Of a DNA stretch of 64,000 nucleotides, positions 59,437 to 64,000 are shown in pieces. Position numbers and translations under genes: made by a program. Below the pieces are notes generated by a model. It searched no databases, was not told the origin of the DNA, and saw nothing but the letters and a program-made list of their open reading frames with translations. Source of the stretch: Squalus acanthias (lineage: Eukaryota); contig CM059431.1 in the NCBI GenBank assembly GCA_030390025.1, forward strand, positions 125,738,001 through 125,802,000, written 5' to 3'. Within the stretch, counting starts at the first letter, position 1. Each line of letters begins with the position of its first letter.

Positions 59437-61236
59437 TCAGAAGTCTGGGTTGTATGGGGCTGTTGCTCCCTTCCCGTGTGAGGTCATGAGAGACCGCATG
59501 GCTCCTAACATGGACTCTATCGCATCGGGATGGATAGGCACACCAGCTCCTTTCTCAGAGACAGGCGCTTGGGTTCGGACTGCGGGAGCTTTTTTCCTGG
59601 AATCCTTCCAGGGATTCCTACAGTTTTTACGCCAGTGACCTGTCTTCCCGCACCCGTAACAAACACTACTGGTTTGTGGGGCGCGATTTCCCTCCTGATG
59701 CCACTCTTTCTGAGCCGGAGCTGCGGGCTCTGCTTCATGCACCTTTCCTTTAACGGGACGCGCTCCCGTGCTCCTAGTGTTCCGATACCCTATGGTGAGA
59801 TGACTCAGGACAGATTCCTCCATTGTCTCGGGGTTAGTGGGATCAAACCACGCTCTGGCCTGCTCCCTGACGGCTGGCAAGCTGTTGGCTACTATGCACC
59901 TGAGCCAATGAGCTTTCCCGGCGCCGTCCAGATAGATGTGCTGTGGCGCACCTGGGCAGCTACGCTGGTATACTGGCTACAATCTGTCGGCGAAAACCCG
60001 CGGGGGTTCTCCCTCCATCTGTACGGTCTGACACAGTCTGACGAACGGACCCTCGTCATCCGCCCCTAACACTTCTAGGACCTCGTCCCGTAACTCCCCA
60101 TAGGTTTTATTTCCCTTCTTGCTCTCGTCGGAGAGACACTGAAGGATCGAGCTATCTAAAGAGAACAGCAACATTTTGGTCTTTTCCTCGTCGTCGCAGC
60201 CATTAATCGCTGCGGTCTGTTCTACTTCCCTAAAATGTACAGAAGGGTCGTCTGACTCAGACAGCTTCCGTACATGGCTAATCATTGCTCTCAGCTGGTG
60301 TGAGCTGTGGGGCAATACAAGTTGGTTCAGGACATCCCCGTCTTCCCCATTGGCTGCATTCGGGCCTCTCTTGTGACCTCGGAGCGGACACATCGGTCCC
60401 GGTCTCGACTCTACCTCCGGGGATTGTCCTACCTCGGGAACCTCCTTCTCTATTTCCACCACTTCCTCCCTTACCCAGGTTGCCGAATAGCTGGGTGGCG
60501 CGGAGGGCATAGTGGCTGATACCTCTTCTGCTTTTTCCGGTAGGGATTTTGGGAATTCCCTACTTACCTGTGGCTGGTGTGCTGACGGGCTGATGAGACA
60601 CACCAAGCCGTTTGCCTTACTCAGGGACTCCCTCAGGTTCTCTATCTCCCTCTGGCAAACACTGTGGTCTGCTCCCTCATGCCTATCCTCGAGAGCCATC
60701 TTGTATGCCACCCTAACTCCCTTCAAGCTTTCTTCCTGGGCTTTTATCTGGTTAGCTAGGCGGACACACCGTTCTCTAATCCGACCCTCGTTTAATTTTG
60801 CTTCCGTGACCTGACATTCTAGGTAATCAATTTTAGCCTCATGGTGGTTGGCTACTATTTGGCGTTCCTGATGTAACGCATTCAATGATGCAATGAGTTT
60901 CTGTCCTCCCGTGACCTTTTCCTCCATCTCAACTTCCAATTCCCTGATCTGAGCTGCCTGTGCTGCAATGACCTGGTCCGAAAGTTGGACTTGCTTCTTG
61001 TAGCACATCAGCCAGACTGCTTTCTCTACCGACTTCTTATGATCTTTACTGCATGTCCATTTGATGGCAGCGTCTAGCGGACGCTTATCCATCAGTAGGT
61101 CACTTATCCACTTTTTGGTCAAGTTAACCTTCCCAAACACATAGTCAGTTACCCTCTCATCCATCACATTTCGCCTATTCAAACCAGTGTCTAAAACATT
61201 ACTCTCCTGCTGCCAATGTCCTGCCGCAGTCGCCAT
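59437..61236 (-). pseudogene. gag: gag with a single TGG>TAG nonsense change at 59977
   Basis: ORFs 59977-61236 and 59437-59880 are in the same frame; PSAPPSY and CYGCGKTGHWRKNC are retained. Confidence 0.92.
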
Positions 61237-63139
61237 TTTCTGTAAGGGGGCGTGTCTCAGACGGTGCTGGTGCGAGGTTAGGCCTTCGTTGCCTAATACT
61301 ATTGCTTGCTCTGGTCTCCGGCCAGCCTTATTGCAATAAGCACCTGTGAGTGGTTCGACCCACTCGCACTTACGGTTCTAACACTGGACTTAGGTGCAGG
61401 GAGCAGTAATGCAGAGAAAACTCAAATAGACCCGGTTGAAAAGTACGAAATGGAAATCTTTATTGCATGGCATCTAAAATCATGAAATACATGTCATAGG
61501 CGCAAATCAACGATAGTACAAGTATACATACATTCATAAAGCTTGGTCTGTGGAAATGGAGAACACACGACACATCGTAGAAAGGGGAACACATTATATC
61601 TTAACCTTATTAAAACACCCTCCCTTAATAATACCTACACTACGTCTAGATTTGTCGGATTTGAAAACATGCTCACCACTCGTTTAATTTCGGAGATTTT
61701 AAAGTGAGGCACTCAGCTCGTTTCGCTGCAGCGCCTGACTGTCACGTGTTTGGAAGGGTCTCTGCACCCCACTTGTTTACTTTCGCTGCTGTGAAAAGCA
61801 GGCCAGACTCCCTGTTGTCATGAAGAAGTCGATGGACCCAAACCGGATCGTGCAGTAACCCGTAGAATTCAAAGATGAGTTCTGTATTTATATTTTCGGG
61901 CGCGGTCGGGGTTTACTGACCATGGCGGCACGTGGAATTTCTTCTCGTCTTCTTCTCGTCTTCTTCTCGTCTCATCTCCTCGGGCCTCCGGTTCCAGACA
62001 CCGTTTACCGACACTTGGGATGGTGCACCCTGTTACTTGCCCTTGTCGGGGCGGCTCGTACCGATTGAGCTCCACCCAACATTCGAATAACCGACCAGTA
62101 CGGCTAAGAGTCAAGAGTCAACAAAGTCCAGAGAGAAAATCAAGAGCCCACAAGTCAAGCGAGTTCATGAAGAGGCAAGCGAATAAGATTTCAGCAGTCA
62201 GCAGCGAGATAAGAGAATAAGAGCGTTCAGCAGTCAGCATCGAGATAAGAGCCAGCTGGGAGAATAAGAGACCGATGGACATTTGTTCTCTATAGTTATA
62301 GTGATGTGTCCCCTTATCTCCCGCTCAAATCTTAATGTTTGTCCTTTGTGTAATATTGGCGCTCAAAACTCCCAGCATGGGGCGGTTATCTTCCATAACA
62401 AGTTTCGGTAGCACCTGAAACTGGCCAACTATCCGTTAATGTTTTCCCCATTGTTGAACCAGCCAGGATGTGTATGAATCGTCTCCCTGACTGGTTTCGG
62501 GCCCCCCCCCCCCGCCCCCGAATACTTGCTTAATCACCCGTCGATGTCTCTCTCATTGTAGAGCCGGGGGAGTATTTGTGTATTGATGTGTCTGGATGGG
62601 CCTTCGATTGCCCAGTACAATGGTCCTTACTGTGCATAGGAAAACGATTCAAGCACTTATATCTTTGCTATTGTTCCAAATGCAAACAGGTTGCATCCTG
62701 TCTTTATCAGTGTTTACCGAGTATGATCCAATCTTATACTGAATGTATATTCGACGCCATCTTGTCTGCCCACTGTGTTTCTGGAAGCTTCTGCCACGAT
62801 GCGCGGTGGCCATTTTACAGGCTTCTGTGTCCTTTATTATCAGGACAGCATTTTGTTTAATAAAACTGATCAAACGAATCTGCTTTTATCTTGTTATTTT
62901 TGAATCGCGATAATTGCGAAACTTTACAACAGTATTGTTACTAATTTGGTTAGCCCAAACTATATGTAGATTAAAATCACCCATGATAACTGCTGTGCCC
63001 TTATTGCACGCGTCTCCAATTTCCCGTTTAATGCCATCCCCAACCTCAGCATTATATGATTGGCATTATATGTTTGGCGCAGAGGAGAAAGAAGAAAAAT
63101 TAAGTATTCTATATGGTTATAAATAGCATCAGAACAGAA

Positions 63140-63560
63140 TAAATAACAGGAGATATGCCCTACTTTGGAAAGAATGTCAAGGCCGGGGAGAGGCTACAGA
63201 AGAGATTTACTGAGAAGGCTTCAGTTATGAAGGGAGACAACATAAACGGACTATTTTCATGAGGACACAAAATCTCACAGAGGTGCCCAAAATTATGAAG
63301 CTCTTTGAAAGACAACTAAGGAATAAAACTATTTTCGTCAGATCAGTGAGTTAGCAGTTAAAGAAAGTTAACTTAAGACCATCGCCAAAAGACAAATGTA
63401 AAATTAGAGGAATGTTTTTACACAAAGGATTCTTAGGTGGAAAGAGATTTCATAACAGCTTTTAAAAATGAAGTGGTTAAATATTTGAAAAATAAAAAAT
63501 TAAAAGTGTACCGGGATCAGAAAGGAAAATGGAACTCAGTGGATAACTCTTTCAGAGAGC
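63140..63560 (+). mobile_element. Highly degenerate CR1 3' fragment
   Basis: CAGAAGAGATTTACT and GGAATGTTTTTACACAAAGG resemble the QRRFT and NFFTQRV coding blocks. Confidence 0.5.
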
Positions 63561-63596
63561 CAGCACAAACGCAATGAGCTAAATTGCATTATTCAG

Positions 63597-64000
63597 TGGC
63601 CCGTAATTTCCGATAGGAGGCATCCTGCGTGCGGATGCCTCCTATCGGGAAAAAATCTACGCACTTACTTGAGGGCTCCCGAGGTCCGGACTCTTCCACT
63701 CCTGGGCCTCTCCTGGTGCACGCGCGCAGACGGCCAGGTATCCCAGGGGCGCAGGCGGTTCGCAAGCATCCCTGGGATTACGTGGGCCAGGCGAGCCAAT
63801 AGGAGAAGGGAATCCCCCTTCATACTTTTGACAGGTAGACCTGTCAAAAGTATGAATGGGGATCACTGAAAAAACACATTAAATATATTTTTTTTAAATC
63901 ACGTTTTTAAAATGAGTTAAAATTACATTAAATTAAATATTTTAAACAAAAATTAAATTTTTTGAAAAAAATAATTAAAGTTTTTACGGGGCTAAAAATA
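63597..64000. mobile_element. MITE of the 43589/49566 family, truncated by the window end
   Basis: GGCCCGTAATTTCC start; shares AGACCTGTCAAA..TATGAAT and the AT-rich core with 49566-50321. Confidence 0.7.

Larger units (their letters stand above)
54406..62928 (-). mobile_element. Non-autonomous ERV (family B LTRs): gag, pol replaced, env internally deleted
   Basis: LTRs 54406-56918 and 61241-62928; TSD ACAG; PBS 61218-61235 (TGGCGACTGCGGCAGGAC); same PPT as the autonomous copies. Confidence 0.94.

Overview
Repeat-saturated vertebrate DNA, most likely from a cartilaginous fish judging by its CR1/L2 LINEs, Deu-type SINEs, Penelope fragments and PIF/Harbinger elements. No host gene could be identified with confidence. 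The window is dominated by one unusual endogenous retrovirus lineage with at least six independent integrations. Two near-intact proviruses are nested: a minus-strand copy (19599-32170, TSD ACCC) sits in the U5 end of the 5' LTR of a plus-strand copy (17998-43327, TSD GGTT), creating a ~25 kb inverted-repeat structure. There is also a pol-less non-autonomous relative (54406-62928, TSD ACAG), two solo LTRs (10997-12363 and 13832-15609) and a partial LTR (1-953). The virus has retrovirus-type Pol (PR, RT with YVDD, degenerate RNase H tether, second RNase H, IN). Its Env resembles a paramyxo/pneumovirus F protein rather than a classical SU/TM, which fits the lokiretrovirus lineage. Further unusual traits are an Ig-like domain in the Env N-terminus, a gag ATG overlapping a tRNA-Arg(UCG) primer-binding site with no leader, Gag-Pol joined by a UGA-CUAG readthrough context, an overlapping PSAPPSY late domain, very long LTRs with an internal splice donor, and a conserved U5 hairpin. 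In the non-autonomous element pol is replaced in frame by a divergent second Gag fragment. All alignments were made by eye and no database searches were run.
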